The notes: a model not told the origin generated them from the letters alone. A DNA stretch of 64,000 nt from Candidatus Latescibacterota bacterium (GCA_965198095.1 OZ240239.1:1018816-1082815), one strand, 5' to 3'. Positions 29,023 to 39,296 are shown, numbered from the stretch's first letter. A program made the numbers and translations.

Positions 29023-29730
29023 TCATTCATAAAAAAGGTTAGGAAAGTCACTCGTACTCACCTTTTCTTGCCGCCCAAGAAAAGGTGACAAAAGAAGGGC
29101 GCCTGCCTGCCGCGCCCAACGCGGCGCAGGCAGGCCCCTCAAACGCCGGGGAGGCTCGGGCCGTGGCGACTCAGCCTCACTGGAAACGACCGGCGCCGCG
29201 AAAGGAATGAACTCCTCCCCCCGCCTGATGCCCACTGCGGGACCCGCCCCCACACCGCGAATTTCCATTCGCCCCCACATCCGCCCCCGCACCTGACCCC
29301 GTCCCACAGAGGGCCCCCTAACCCCTGGGGAGGAGAAACGCGGAAGCAGTTGGAGAGCCACAACGCCACGGCCGCGATGACATCTGGCCCGAATCACTCC
29401 TGAAATCTGCAAAATCTGCGTAAATACCGGGCCTTCCCGCGCCCTTCGATACACCCGAGAGACCGTTCGCCTATGATGAGCTGAGCATCTCGCTGATTGG
29501 GCACTCAGGGACACGGGGGCTTCTCTACTTGCCGCAACTCCTGCGACTCGCTCTTCGAAACCGGCCCCGTTCGTGTCGAGTGCCCGCCTGGGGGCAGGAG
29601 GGTGTCAACGATATAGTTAGGAAAGTCACTCATACTCACCTTTTCTTTGCTCGCTAAGGAGAGCACGATACGGCTGACACGATACACCCCTGTCATACGC
29701 GGAAATGATGTCAACGATTTACCGCTCCCG
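29023..29730. repeat. Mosaic intergenic repeat, copy A (BIME-like; sub-motifs X, Y, T plus a 35-bp direct repeat)
   Basis: Segment X (29130-29440) and segment Y (29441-29625) recur at 61141-61440 and 60990-61140. Y also recurs at 55424-55600. The tail T (29661-29730) recurs inverted at 60770-60836. ggttaggaaagtcactc.tactcaccttttctt occurs at both 29036 and 29626. Confidence 0.7.
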
Positions 29731-29858
29731 GTCATATCTCGCGATTCGCGTCGCTCGCAGACATGGGCGGGTGAACTTCCGTGATCTTTCGGCGTTTGCT
29801 CAGAGCTTCGGGAACCACGTGATTCGGTAACGCCAGACGTTGAGAAATGTAATCGGCC

Positions 29859-29885
29859 CCGGGACATCCCGTCCCGGGGCCGATC
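29859..29885. terminator. Perfect 11-bp-stem hairpin downstream of vapC
   Basis: GGCCCCGGGAC-atcc-cGTCCCGGGGCC. It lies between the repeat and the convergent 3' end of vapC. Confidence 0.4.
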
Positions 29886-29905
29886 TCTTCAGCATTTCCT
29901 TTGCG

Positions 29906-30325
29906 TTACAACCTCATGATTTTTAGGAATTCCCCGGCGTTGTAGACTGCGATTCGGGCGGACTTATAGTCTTTTTTGTTTCGCGTGATGAGGAATTTCA
30001 ATCTGCCTTCGATCGCGGCGTGGTATTGTAGCGCATCTTCAAAGTCCGTGAAGTCGGATTCCAATGCGTTTTCGACCGTTCTTTGGGTCACGGGAAGGAT
30101 CGTAAGCAGGTGTTTCAGGTCGGAGAGAATACGCAAGGCATCACGGTTCGACTTCAGTTTGCGCAAGATATAGTAGAGGTTGGCGAACGTAACCGCCGTG
30201 ACAAAACCCTCAATTTCCCGGACCTCCATGCGAGAGAAAAACCTTTGGGCATCGGCAGCGTGCGGTTCGCGCCGTGCCAACAGGTCCAATAGGATGTCGG
30301 TATCGATCAGTGCCCGATGTTTCAC
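29906..30325 (-). CDS. vapC: PIN-domain ribonuclease toxin
   Basis: 139 aa with a PIN acidic quartet context (LIDTDILLDLL ... ITRNKKDY). It overlaps the upstream antitoxin gene by 4 nt. Confidence 0.8.
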   Translation of the reverse strand: MKHRALIDTDILLDLLARREPHAADAQRFFSRMEVREIEGFVTAVTFANLYYILRKLKSNRDALRILSDLKHLLTILPVTQRTVENALESDFTDFEDALQYHAAIEGRLKFLITRNKKDYKSARIAVYNAGEFLKIMRL

Positions 30326-30573
30326 TCGTGCTTTCTGAGCAAGTAGCCTGTGATGGCTTCTTTTTCGTCCAGGTCCGGAATCGCACGCAACACGCCCGAC
30401 AACCGATTCACACGAGGCGTGATTTCGTCATCCGCGTCCTTTTTCTCACCGGTGACAATGGCTCGAAGCAAGTTCTCGATCAGTCTTGAGAGGCTTTGGT
30501 TCTGCTGCCTGGCATATCTCTTGGCTTTGTCGATGACTTCCTTTTCCAGCTTCAGCGTCAGCTTTGCGTCCAT
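30322..30573 (-). CDS. vapB: Type II antitoxin partner of VapC (VapB-like)
   Basis: 83 aa, KLEKEVIDKAKRYARQQNQSLSRLIENLL. Genes of this small-antitoxin family precede PIN toxin genes. Confidence 0.6.
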   Translation of the reverse strand: MDAKLTLKLEKEVIDKAKRYARQQNQSLSRLIENLLRAIVTGEKKDADDEITPRVNRLSGVLRAIPDLDEKEAITGYLLRKHE

Positions 30574-30756
30574 TCGAAGCCTCCGTCAATGAGTTGAATG
30601 ATACGTATAAATATAATACACCAATACGTATTGCTCAACCCGAAAAACGAAATCAAAAAAAGCGCTTTGGGTCGCAATAAGGGGAACCCGGAAGGGGGAT
30701 GTCCCGGGGCCGCTCTTTTCGGCAGGCATCGCGTCGCGAACCGGCGGATCTGTTGC

Positions 30757-31875
30757 TCAAGCCGGATGGGCGGACGAGATCAGGTATTCGATCGGTGTAT
30801 GGCGCGTGACGCAGAAGGCGCGGTTGGCGGTGATCATCAGACTGTCCCCTTTTCGCGCGGGGTAGGAATCCCCACCGGCACGCACTTCGGCTTCGCCCTC
30901 CAGGACCGAGAGGCAGGCGACGCCGGCATACGCGGCATGTTCGGTCCGGGTTTCGGACGGGCAGAATCGCTCGAGACGGAAATGCTCGGACTCGACGAGC
31001 ATCGCCGCCTCCTCCTCGGCTCCCGGGAGTCGACGCCAGGGCGTCGGCGTGCGGGCCTCCCCGCGAAAGTCGATGACATCGAGGGCCTGCTCGACGTGAA
31101 GCGGTCTCGGTTTTCCGTCCGTACCGGGCCGGTCGTAGTCGTAGATGCGGAAGGTGAGGTCGCTGGACTGCTGGACTTCGTAGACGATCACCCCCCTGCC
31201 GAGGGCGTGGACCGTGCCGGGCGGCATGAAGACGACGTCTCCTGCAGCGACGTCAAAGGTCCTGACGACCTCCTCTACGCGACGCGCGTCGATCGCCTCT
31301 CGAAACGCCTGCCTGCTCACGTGCTCCTCGAGGCCGTAGACGATCCGGCCACCGTCGGAGTGGAGGACGTACCAGGCCTCCATCTTTCCGAAGCGACCGA
31401 GACCCTCGTCTCTCGCGTAGCGATCGCCGGGGTGAACCTGTATGGAGAGGTTGTCGCAGGCATCCAGGAACTTGACGAGCAGGGGGAATTCGCCGCGATA
31501 TCGGTCGCAGACGGCCTCGCCGAGGAGCTCGCGTCCGTGCTCGGCCGTCAGACGCCCGAGGTCCCATCCGCCAAACGGCCCCTCCGACACGACGGACGCC
31601 GCGCCTTCGCAGGCGGACAGTTCCCAGGATTCGCCAATCGACTTGTCGGGCGGGAGCGCCTTGTTCAGATGCCTCTCGAGTCCGCGACCCCCCCAGATCA
31701 CTTCTCGGTAACAGGGCCGCAGGGGGAACAGATCGGGCAATGGCACGTTCGGACCGAATGAGGGAAGCTTGATGAACGGGACGCCAACGGGCAAAGATCC
31801 AAGATAGCTTGCGTCAACGCTGTTGTCAACGGATGGCGGGGGCTGTTTCCGCTTGATCCGGAACAGGTTACGCAT
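30757..31875 (-). CDS. manA: Mannose-6-phosphate isomerase, class I (cupin)
   Basis: EVIWGGRGL, GESWELS, LLVKFLDACDNLSIQVHPGD, YVL and IYDYDR are type-I PMI signatures. Start trimmed to the internal Met at 31875. The antisense ORF 30598-31761 is rejected. Confidence 0.7.
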   Translation of the reverse strand: MRNLFRIKRKQPPPSVDNSVDASYLGSLPVGVPFIKLPSFGPNVPLPDLFPLRPCYREVIWGGRGLERHLNKALPPDKSIGESWELSACEGAASVVSEGPFGGWDLGRLTAEHGRELLGEAVCDRYRGEFPLLVKFLDACDNLSIQVHPGDRYARDEGLGRFGKMEAWYVLHSDGGRIVYGLEEHVSRQAFREAIDARRVEEVVRTFDVAAGDVVFMPPGTVHALGRGVIVYEVQQSSDLTFRIYDYDRPGTDGKPRPLHVEQALDVIDFRGEARTPTPWRRLPGAEEEAAMLVESEHFRLERFCPSETRTEHAAYAGVACLSVLEGEAEVRAGGDSYPARKGDSLMITANRAFCVTRHTPIEYLISSAHPA

Positions 31876-31931
31876 TACGTTAAGGAAATTGGCAAACCGA
31901 TCCAAAGGCCTGTTTCCCGAATGAGGCGCCC

Positions 31932-32819
31932 ATGATTTATGGAGAAGGGGACTATCGCTACGAAGAGGTGGAAGACTGGGCGAAGCTGCCCGAGGGATGG
32001 ACGTTTTCGCAAGTGTCGGACACGGCGATCGATTCAATGGGGCGGATCTATGCCTTCACGCGCGGGACGCACCCGATTATCGTTTTCGACAAGGCGGGGA
32101 ATTTCATTACGTCCTGGGGCTACGGGGCGTTCGGCGAGTCTCCGAACCTGGTGAGTCAGTCGCACGGGATCTTCATCGGTCCGGACGACGAGGTCTACCT
32201 GACCGATTCCTGGCAGCACGTCGTTCGACGCTACACGCGCCTGGGCGAGATGGAACGGGAATGGGGAAGACGGGGGATATCCGGGGTGACGTTTGGTCAG
32301 GTCGAGTACAACATGCCGACGGGCGTGGCGATCGGCCCGGACGGCTCGATCTACGTGTCGGATGGCTACGGCAACCGCTGCGTGCACAAATACTCGAAAG
32401 AGGGCAAGCGTTTGAAGACGTGGGGGGAAGTGGGCGGCGGTCCGGGGCAGTTCGCCGTGGTGCACAACTTGGGATGCACGAAAGACGGTCGCGTGCTGGT
32501 GTGCGATCGGGAGAACAACCGGGTTCAGATCTTCGATCCGGACGGGGTCTTCATCGAGGCGTGGGCGGGTCTGGATATGCCGGGGGATGTCTGCATCGTG
32601 GACGACCGGGTCTACATGGTCGAGCAGGGTGGACACGGCCGCGCCAGTGTCTGGACGTTGGACGGCGAACGGCTCAGCTGGTTCAAGGGGTCCGAAGGGG
32701 GCGTACTGCAGAAACCGCACGGCGTGTGCGTGGACGATGAAGGCAGCATCTACGTGGCGGAGATCTCCGACGAGACCGGGTGCGGTCAGCGGCTTCAGAA
32801 ATTCGCGCGAGTCAGATAG
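31932..32819 (+). CDS. NHL-repeat beta-propeller protein
   Basis: Six NHL-like blades (P.GVAIGPDGSIYVSD..N.RV..F). No signal peptide. Confidence 0.65.
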   Translation: MIYGEGDYRYEEVEDWAKLPEGWTFSQVSDTAIDSMGRIYAFTRGTHPIIVFDKAGNFITSWGYGAFGESPNLVSQSHGIFIGPDDEVYLTDSWQHVVRRYTRLGEMEREWGRRGISGVTFGQVEYNMPTGVAIGPDGSIYVSDGYGNRCVHKYSKEGKRLKTWGEVGGGPGQFAVVHNLGCTKDGRVLVCDRENNRVQIFDPDGVFIEAWAGLDMPGDVCIVDDRVYMVEQGGHGRASVWTLDGERLSWFKGSEGGVLQKPHGVCVDDEGSIYVAEISDETGCGQRLQKFARVR

Positions 32820-32829
32820 GGAGATCGAT

Positions 32830-33960
32830 ATGCAAGCTGAACTTCCGGTGCTGGAAATTTCGGGGCGCCCGAAAGCGCGGGGACGTGCCCACGGAGAGGC
32901 CTTTCGGGACGAGATCCAGACGCTGGTCGCGGCCTATTTCAACGAGCTGGAAGAGGGCGCCAGGCACTACGACCTCAAGCCGCTGCCGAAGCGACGCGTG
33001 CTCGAGATCAGTCAGGCGTTTGCCGGTCCCACCGAGGCGCACTCACCCGACCTTTTCGATGAGGCAAGGGGGATCGCCGAGGGTTCGGACACGCCGTTCG
33101 AGGAAATCCTGGCGCTGAATGCCTTTCTGGAGACCCGGGATTACACCTCCTCGGCGTTCGCGGAAGCGGGCTGCACGAGTCTGATGGTGCCGGGCGACCG
33201 CAACGGGAACGGCGCGACGATCGGCCAGAATTACGACCTCCCCTCCATCTTCGCGCCCGCGACGATCTTGCTGAGGATCACCGATTCCGAGGGGCCTGAC
33301 GCGATCGTCTTCACGCTGACCGGGATGGTGGGCTGCGCCGGCCTCAACAGCGCGGGGATCGGGGTGGTGATCAACAATCTGATTCCGGCCGACGCCGGAC
33401 CGGGCGTGATCTATCCTTTTGTCACTCGGCGGATCCTGGCGAGTGAAACGATCGGCGAGGCGATGGACGTCATCCTCTCGCATCCCCGGGCGTCCGGTCT
33501 GAACTACGTGATCTGCGATCCGAACGGAGAGATCTACGACTTCGAAACGACCGCGAGGGACTACGAGGTGTTCTGCCCGTTCGACGGACCGATCGCCCAC
33601 GCCAATCACTATCTGAGCGACCGGTTCAAGCCACTGGAACGCCGTGCACGGGATCAGCTCAGCAACAGCATCCTCCGGTGGGGTCGCGCGACCCGGCTTT
33701 TGCGCGCTGTCCGGCGGCCGACCGCTGGGACGCTTCGCAAGATCCTTGCAGATCACGTGAACCGTCCCATCGCGATCTGTCGTCACAATCAGGTGGTGCA
33801 CGGCGCGGGGTGTGGGCAGACGATCTGCGGCATCGTGCTGGAGCCCCCGGCGCGGCGGATCTGGATCGCGCGCGGTCCGGTCTGCGAAAACGAATGGACG
33901 GCTCACGGCATTCGTGAGAGGGTTGCCGCAGTCGAAGCGCCTCGGTTTGCTGCATCCTGA
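32830..33960 (+). CDS. Peptidase C45 / acyl-CoA:6-aminopenicillanic-acid acyltransferase-family Ntn hydrolase
   Basis: An autoproteolytic Gly-Cys site in EAGCTSLMV, and NGATIGQNYDLP. Start at the ATG at 32830. Confidence 0.6.
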   Translation: MQAELPVLEISGRPKARGRAHGEAFRDEIQTLVAAYFNELEEGARHYDLKPLPKRRVLEISQAFAGPTEAHSPDLFDEARGIAEGSDTPFEEILALNAFLETRDYTSSAFAEAGCTSLMVPGDRNGNGATIGQNYDLPSIFAPATILLRITDSEGPDAIVFTLTGMVGCAGLNSAGIGVVINNLIPADAGPGVIYPFVTRRILASETIGEAMDVILSHPRASGLNYVICDPNGEIYDFETTARDYEVFCPFDGPIAHANHYLSDRFKPLERRARDQLSNSILRWGRATRLLRAVRRPTAGTLRKILADHVNRPIAICRHNQVVHGAGCGQTICGIVLEPPARRIWIARGPVCENEWTAHGIRERVAAVEAPRFAAS

Positions 33961-34024
33961 GGGCGTGAAGCGTCGAGCGTCGGGTGTCGGGAATCCACGG
34001 TCACAAGAGGCTTCAGAGCTGCGC

Positions 34025-34852
34025 ATGAAGGGATACGCAAATCCAGACCTGCTTTGGAGCGCGGACGACCTGCACGCCCGGCTGGAGGATCCCGCCCTCT
34101 GTCTCGTGGATACGCGGCCGACCCACGAATATGTCGCCGGTCATATTCTGGGCGCGCTTCACCTGGACCTCTATGGATTCAGCCTGAACGACACGAGCGA
34201 AACGGCGTTCAGTGCCTTCATGTGGACGTGTGGGTATCTCCTGGGAAGCCGGGGGATCGGATCGGACAAGAGGATCGTGTTTTATGAGAACGATTCGGGC
34301 ATGCGGGCCGCGCGGGGCTTCTGGATCTGCGAGTACCTGGGACACGAAGATGTGCACGTGCTCGACGGCGGCCTGGCCGCCTGGAAGGCGAGGGGATATC
34401 CGCTGACCACGGCGTGTCCGGTGCCGGAGCGGTCTCTGTTTGAGGCCAGACCGGCGCCCGAACGGCAGATCGGCGCGGAAGAACTGAGAGACGGTTTGGG
34501 GAAAGAGGGTTTTGCCGTGCTCGACACGCGAAGTGATGACGAGTATTACGGCAGGATCGCGCGGGCAGCGCGGGCAGGCGCGATACCGGGGGCCGTGCAC
34601 GTGGAGTATCTCGGAAACCTGGATGAAGAGGGGGCGTTCAAGCCGGCAGACGAGCTGAGGCAGATGTATGAGGAAGCAGGCGTCGGACCGGAACAGGAGA
34701 TCGCGTGTTACTGCCAGGGAGGCTACCGGTCCGCACACGCCTACCTGGCGCTTCGTCTGCTGGGATATCCCCGGGCGCGAAACTATATCGGGTCCTGGAA
34801 GGAGTGGGGAGACCGCGCGGACCTGCCGATCGAAATACCTGAAGAGAAGTAG
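34025..34852 (+). CDS. Tandem-rhodanese thiosulfate/3-mercaptopyruvate sulfurtransferase
   Basis: Two rhodanese domains, with the active-site loop CYCQGGYRSAH in the second. The antisense ORF 33043-34026 is rejected. Confidence 0.8.
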   Translation: MKGYANPDLLWSADDLHARLEDPALCLVDTRPTHEYVAGHILGALHLDLYGFSLNDTSETAFSAFMWTCGYLLGSRGIGSDKRIVFYENDSGMRAARGFWICEYLGHEDVHVLDGGLAAWKARGYPLTTACPVPERSLFEARPAPERQIGAEELRDGLGKEGFAVLDTRSDDEYYGRIARAARAGAIPGAVHVEYLGNLDEEGAFKPADELRQMYEEAGVGPEQEIACYCQGGYRSAHAYLALRLLGYPRARNYIGSWKEWGDRADLPIEIPEEK

Positions 34853-34941
34853 ATCCGGTTACGAGCTTCGGGCTGCGAGTTGAAAGCATTCGTGACGGGT
34901 CGGACACGAAGGAGAAACCGGGCGGTGAACGGGAAGGCGTC

Positions 34942-35739
34942 GTGACGTTTCAAGAGATCTTGCAGCATATTGAGATCGATGGCTGGTGTGTCGTCGAAGG
35001 GGTCATTCCCGAGGCGCAAATCGGGCCGATCCGCCAGGAGATCGAGGCGGTCACGGCAGCGCAGGGCGTGAGCCGGACCTATCAGGGCGTGGTGAGCGCG
35101 AACAACATCCTGGGCGTCTTGCCCGCCTTCGTGTCTCACGTTGCAGACCCGCGCGTGCTGGGTGTGGCGGAGCATTGGTTCGGACCGTTCGTGAGAATCT
35201 CTTTCACGACCACCTTGATCACACATCCGGGCAACGACCGGGGCCGCTGGCACGCGGACTGGCCCTACAATCAGGAAAGGCCGGGTCGCATTCCGGCGCC
35301 TTATCCGGACTTTCCCGTTCAGCTCTCCTCCCTCTGGATGATCTCCGATTTTACGGAGGAAAACGGCGGCACGTGGATCGTACCGGGGAGCCACCGGGCC
35401 TCCAACAATCCAACGGGCGATATGGGCATCCCTCTGTTCGAGCCCTACCGGACGGAGATGACCGCGACAGGGCCGGCCGGCAGCGTGATGCTGTTCGACA
35501 GTCGGCTCTGGCACGCGACCGCGACGAATCGAAGCGCCGGTCCGCGCGTGGCCATGGTCGTGCGATATATCCCCTGGTGGTTCAACGCGGAGATCCTTGT
35601 GCCGGGATCGGATGAACGCCGGCGAATGGTGGACAAGTCGGGCCGGCCGGAGAACGAGATGCCCGCGTTGACGCCGGAGGTGTATGAAGGGCTGCCGGAC
35701 GGCGTGAAGCCGCTCTATCGGCATTTGGTCAGGCGATGA
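34942..35739 (+). CDS. Phytanoyl-CoA dioxygenase (PhyH) family Fe(II)/2-oxoglutarate oxygenase
   Basis: The HxD...H facial-triad context (WHADWPYN ... RLWHATATN) fits the PhyH fold. Confidence 0.65.
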   Translation: MTFQEILQHIEIDGWCVVEGVIPEAQIGPIRQEIEAVTAAQGVSRTYQGVVSANNILGVLPAFVSHVADPRVLGVAEHWFGPFVRISFTTTLITHPGNDRGRWHADWPYNQERPGRIPAPYPDFPVQLSSLWMISDFTEENGGTWIVPGSHRASNNPTGDMGIPLFEPYRTEMTATGPAGSVMLFDSRLWHATATNRSAGPRVAMVVRYIPWWFNAEILVPGSDERRRMVDKSGRPENEMPALTPEVYEGLPDGVKPLYRHLVRR

Positions 35740-36038
35740 AGGGCCGTAAGCCCAGCGACCCGGTCCCCAAAGGCCGTTGTTCGGCCCGCTTCCGTCGTGG
35801 CTGGCAAACTCGGCCCCGCCCCGGAGGTCGCTGAGAAAAGACCCGAACAGAGCGCATTTTCTGTTTTTTCTGAATCTCCCTTGCTTAAATCTTGATTTTT
35901 TAGTATCTTACTTTTCTAAGATCGTTCTTCTCACATTCGCCTCTGAAGATTTCCTGCGCTACTTCTCGGGATTCGGGCCTGTTTTGAATGCCTCCCAAGA
36001 CCATCGCCGTTGATCTCGGGCCGTCAAGACAGGCATCC

Positions 36039-37283
36039 ATGAATCCGAACCCCTTCGAGAAACTTTCACTATGCAGACCCCTTCTCCGAGCCCTGTCGGA
36101 AGAAGGCTACGAGAAGCCGACCGACATTCAGCGAGAGACGATTCCAAAAGTTCTGGCCGGGAATGACCTTCTTGCCACGGCCCAAACGGGCACAGGCAAG
36201 ACCGCGGCGTTCGCCCTGCCGATTCTGCAGAGGCTGGATGAGCGACGGACGGGGGGTGCGCGGTTCATCCGCGTTCTGGTCTTGACGCCAACGCGCGAGC
36301 TTGCGCTCCAGGTCGCCTCGAGTTTCCGCAGCTATGGCCGCCACCTCAAGTCACGTGCGGCGGTCATCCTGGGCGGCGTGCCCGCGTCTCCGCAGATCAA
36401 GGCGCTCAAAAAGAACCCCGATATTGTCGTGGCGACGCCCGGGCGCCTGTTGGATCTGTTCGGTCAGGGGTATGTCCGTCTCGATCGCGTCGAAACGCTG
36501 GTTCTGGACGAGGCCGATCGTATGCTGGACATGGGATTCGTGGACGACGTTCGCAGGATTGTGTCCAAACTGCCCTACGATCGTCAGACGTTGTTCTTCT
36601 CCGCCACGCTTTCCTGGGAGATTGCCGAACTCGCCTCAGACATGCTGAGAAACCCTTCCGAAGTGGCGGTCACGCCCGCTGCGTCGGTGTCCGGAAGCAT
36701 CGCGCAGAAGGTCTTCTTCGTTCAGCAAATGCACAAACGGGACCTTCTAGCCGACATTCTGAAAGGCGAGAACGTCGAGAGAGCTCTGGTGTTCACCCGC
36801 ACAAAACACCGCGCCAACCGGATTTCGCGGCAGCTTTCGAGAGAAGGCATTTCCGCCGATACGATCCATTCGAACAAGAGCCAGGGCCAGCGCCAGCGCG
36901 CGCTTTCGGCGTTCCATCGAGGCAGGATCAAGGTCCTCGTCGGCACGGACGTGGTCGCCCGGGGGATCGACGTCGAGGGGATTTCGCACGTGATCAATTA
37001 CGAGCTGCCGGAGAACCCGAAAAGCTATGTGCATCGAATCGGGAGGACGGCACGGGCTGACGCGATCGGCACCGCTCTCTCGTTCTGTGCCGCAGAAGAA
37101 GTCGCGCTGCTCAGGGAGATCGAGAAGTTGACGAAGTGCGAGATCACACCCGACGAAGACCACGCGTTTCACTGCGCCACGACGGCCGAGCTCCGCGACC
37201 GGGATCTGGCGAGATCCCAGCCGCGCCAGAAAGGCCCTCCGTTCGGTCGGAGAAGACGCTTGATCAAACCGCGCGCGCGCTAA
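36039..37283 (+). CDS. rhlE: DEAD-box ATP-dependent RNA helicase
   Basis: Q-motif, AQTGTGKT (motif I), DEAD (LVLDEADRMLDMGF), SAT and HRIGRTAR. A basic C-tail. About 300 nt of AT-rich leader lies upstream. Confidence 0.85.
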   Translation: MNPNPFEKLSLCRPLLRALSEEGYEKPTDIQRETIPKVLAGNDLLATAQTGTGKTAAFALPILQRLDERRTGGARFIRVLVLTPTRELALQVASSFRSYGRHLKSRAAVILGGVPASPQIKALKKNPDIVVATPGRLLDLFGQGYVRLDRVETLVLDEADRMLDMGFVDDVRRIVSKLPYDRQTLFFSATLSWEIAELASDMLRNPSEVAVTPAASVSGSIAQKVFFVQQMHKRDLLADILKGENVERALVFTRTKHRANRISRQLSREGISADTIHSNKSQGQRQRALSAFHRGRIKVLVGTDVVARGIDVEGISHVINYELPENPKSYVHRIGRTARADAIGTALSFCAAEEVALLREIEKLTKCEITPDEDHAFHCATTAELRDRDLARSQPRQKGPPFGRRRRLIKPRAR

Positions 37284-37410
37284 AGTCAGGTGGTGGACTC
37301 GGCGACATCCCCCAGTTGCCGGTCACCATGCGCTGCGGCCGCTTCACGTACTGGACGATGACCGGGTCGTCCAGGATCTTCCCGGACGCACCGGCCCCAT
37401 GCCCGGCCCG

Positions 37411-38145
37411 CTACCAGGGCAGCTTCGAGCTCCGTCCCAGCCGGGCCAGCGCCTCCTCCATCGCTCCCTTGACCACGCCGAACACCTGCACGTACTCCGT
37501 GAAGTCGTCCCACATGTGCTTGCCGGCCGCCTCGACCTTGGCCCTGGCACGGGCGAACTGCTCGGCCACCCGCGGATCGGCGTGGCCGCCGGGAAGGCCC
37601 AGCGACTGCGCCATGTCCTCCGGTCCGCCGCCGAAGAAGCCGATCCCGTCCACCCGCAGGATCTCATCGAGGTTGTCGACCGCCGTGACGCTCTCGATCT
37701 GCGGGACGACCAGCGTGTTCCGGTTCGCCGCCTCGAACAGGCCGGCGCGCTCAGGACCGTCCTGACGGAGCGCCATCGGGCGGCTGGTCGAGCTGCGCAG
37801 GCCGAGCGGCGCGAAGAAGGTGTACTTCACCAGCGCCTCCGCCCCCTCCCGCGTCTCCAGGTTGGGCACCACGATCACCTGCACGCCCCGATCCAGGTAG
37901 GACAGGATCGTCGACTCGGCACCGTCCTGGATGCGCATCGAGGTGGTCATGCCAAACCCCTCGGCGATGCGGCAGATCGTGCCTGCCTGCCGCGGAGTGA
38001 CAGGCGCGTGCTGGCTGTCCAGGCTGACGAAGTCCAGGCCCATGCGCCCGGCCAGCTCGGCCAGCTCCTCCGAGGGCTCGTTCATCGACAGCCCGAGCGC
38101 CTTTTCGCCCCGGGCCTTCCGCCATAGGATCCGGTTCTCGACCAT
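37411..38145 (-). CDS. HpcH/HpaI-family aldolase (2-keto-3-deoxy-acid aldolase)
   Basis: TIM-barrel HpcH signatures (LGLSMNEPS...DFVSLDSQHAP...VVPQIES). Antisense ORFs 37399-38127 and 37136-37765 are rejected. Confidence 0.7.
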   Translation of the reverse strand: MVENRILWRKARGEKALGLSMNEPSEELAELAGRMGLDFVSLDSQHAPVTPRQAGTICRIAEGFGMTTSMRIQDGAESTILSYLDRGVQVIVVPNLETREGAEALVKYTFFAPLGLRSSTSRPMALRQDGPERAGLFEAANRNTLVVPQIESVTAVDNLDEILRVDGIGFFGGGPEDMAQSLGLPGGHADPRVAEQFARARAKVEAAGKHMWDDFTEYVQVFGVVKGAMEEALARLGRSSKLPW

Positions 38146-38300
38146 GACTGTCTTCCTGTCTCCGGGGGTGATGATGGTGGCCGCGCCGGCCGCCGGAGCC
38201 GCGAGCCAAGGCACCGCCGGGCTTCGTGCCGGCTCCGCGTCGGATCTATTGAGGCATTGAAGACCGGGACACGGCGTGTCCGTCCTTCAGGCGTGGGAAT

Positions 38301-39296
38301 CTACTCCCGCGCCTTTTCGTTTCCGGCGATCTCCTTCAGCATGACCGGCCAGGCCTCGGCCGCGAAGAATCGGTGTCCGCCGTTTCCGACGACGAGGTGA
38401 CAGCGGTCCGCTGCGCCGGCGGCGGCGTAGATCCTTTTCAGGTGGCGAAAGGCCCGGCGGGTGCCGGCAATCGGGAAGATGGGGTCCGTCTCTCCGGCGA
38501 CGATCACGACCGGCCTTGGAGCGAAGAGGCCCATGACGTCGGCCATCTCGGCATGCTTGAGGAGGCCGGGGACGTAGTTGTCCATGCAGTGGTAGATCGA
38601 CATGATCGAGTCCTGGAAGGTGCAGAAGTAGCAGGACGGCATGGCGTAGCGAATTCTCGGGAGGAGCGCTGCGGCAAAGAGGCTCGTCGTTCCGCCGCCG
38701 GACTCGCCCATCACGCCGATGCGTCGCGTGTCGGCATCGCCCCGCGATTTCAGGTAATCGATTCCCCGATCCACGTCGAACACGCGCTCGCCGACGAGGG
38801 TACGGCCGAGCATCAGCGCGTGCATGGTCGCGTCGTGACAGCCATGCGGGCCGATCTGTTTCTGGACCTGCTCTCGCCGCTCCCCAAAGGCGCGCTGCTC
38901 GATGCAAAGCGCCGCGATGCCCCGCTTCATGCAGCCGAGTCCGAAGTCCCGATCGGGCGGGACGGCCATCGACCTCGCGTTGTCGTCGCGTTCTACCGCG
39001 ATCGAGTTGTGCATGCCCGTGGAGTGCCCCTGCACGCAAATGAAGAAGGTGTAGGGCGGCTCGGCGCCCCTGGGGATACAGACGAAGGCGGGCAGATCGG
39101 CGTAGGGCTCGCTCCTGAACACGATCTTTTCGATCGTGCCGAACGGATGCTCTCGCGTCCACAGCCTGCGGACGTTGAGCGGGACGCGCTCCCTGGGCGT
39201 GTCGCCGACAAGCTGTCGGAGCTTTCGGCGGAGTCTGCGCTGCCAGGTCTTGACGTCTCCGCCGGCGTAGGCCAGGACCTGCCCTGTCTCGTTCAT
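38301..39296 (-). CDS. Alpha/beta-hydrolase (acetylxylan-esterase / dienelactone-hydrolase-like)
   Basis: The nucleophile elbow GESGGG and an overall prolyl-oligopeptidase/AXE-like order. Start trimmed to MNETGQV. Confidence 0.55.
   Translation of the reverse strand: MNETGQVLAYAGGDVKTWQRRLRRKLRQLVGDTPRERVPLNVRRLWTREHPFGTIEKIVFRSEPYADLPAFVCIPRGAEPPYTFFICVQGHSTGMHNSIAVERDDNARSMAVPPDRDFGLGCMKRGIAALCIEQRAFGERREQVQKQIGPHGCHDATMHALMLGRTLVGERVFDVDRGIDYLKSRGDADTRRIGVMGESGGGTTSLFAAALLPRIRYAMPSCYFCTFQDSIMSIYHCMDNYVPGLLKHAEMADVMGLFAPRPVVIVAGETDPIFPIAGTRRAFRHLKRIYAAAGAADRCHLVVGNGGHRFFAAEAWPVMLKEIAGNEKARE

Noticed and set aside
29059-29087. 12-bp perfect hairpin caccttttcttg-ccgcc-caagaaaaggtg as a glnS terminator
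   Set aside because: It is not followed by a U-tract on the glnS strand. Its left arm is part of the 35-bp direct repeat of the mosaic element. It is kept only as part of the repeat.
29023-29514. Conserved peptide GRGQVRGRMWGRMEIRGVGAGPAVGIRRGEEFIPFAAP, shared by minus-strand ORFs in repeat segment X at 29.0-29.5 kb and 61.08-61.38 kb
   Set aside because: The conservation reflects a near-identical DNA repeat. The composition is low-complexity. The ORFs span hairpin-forming DNA and have different N- and C-termini in the two copies.
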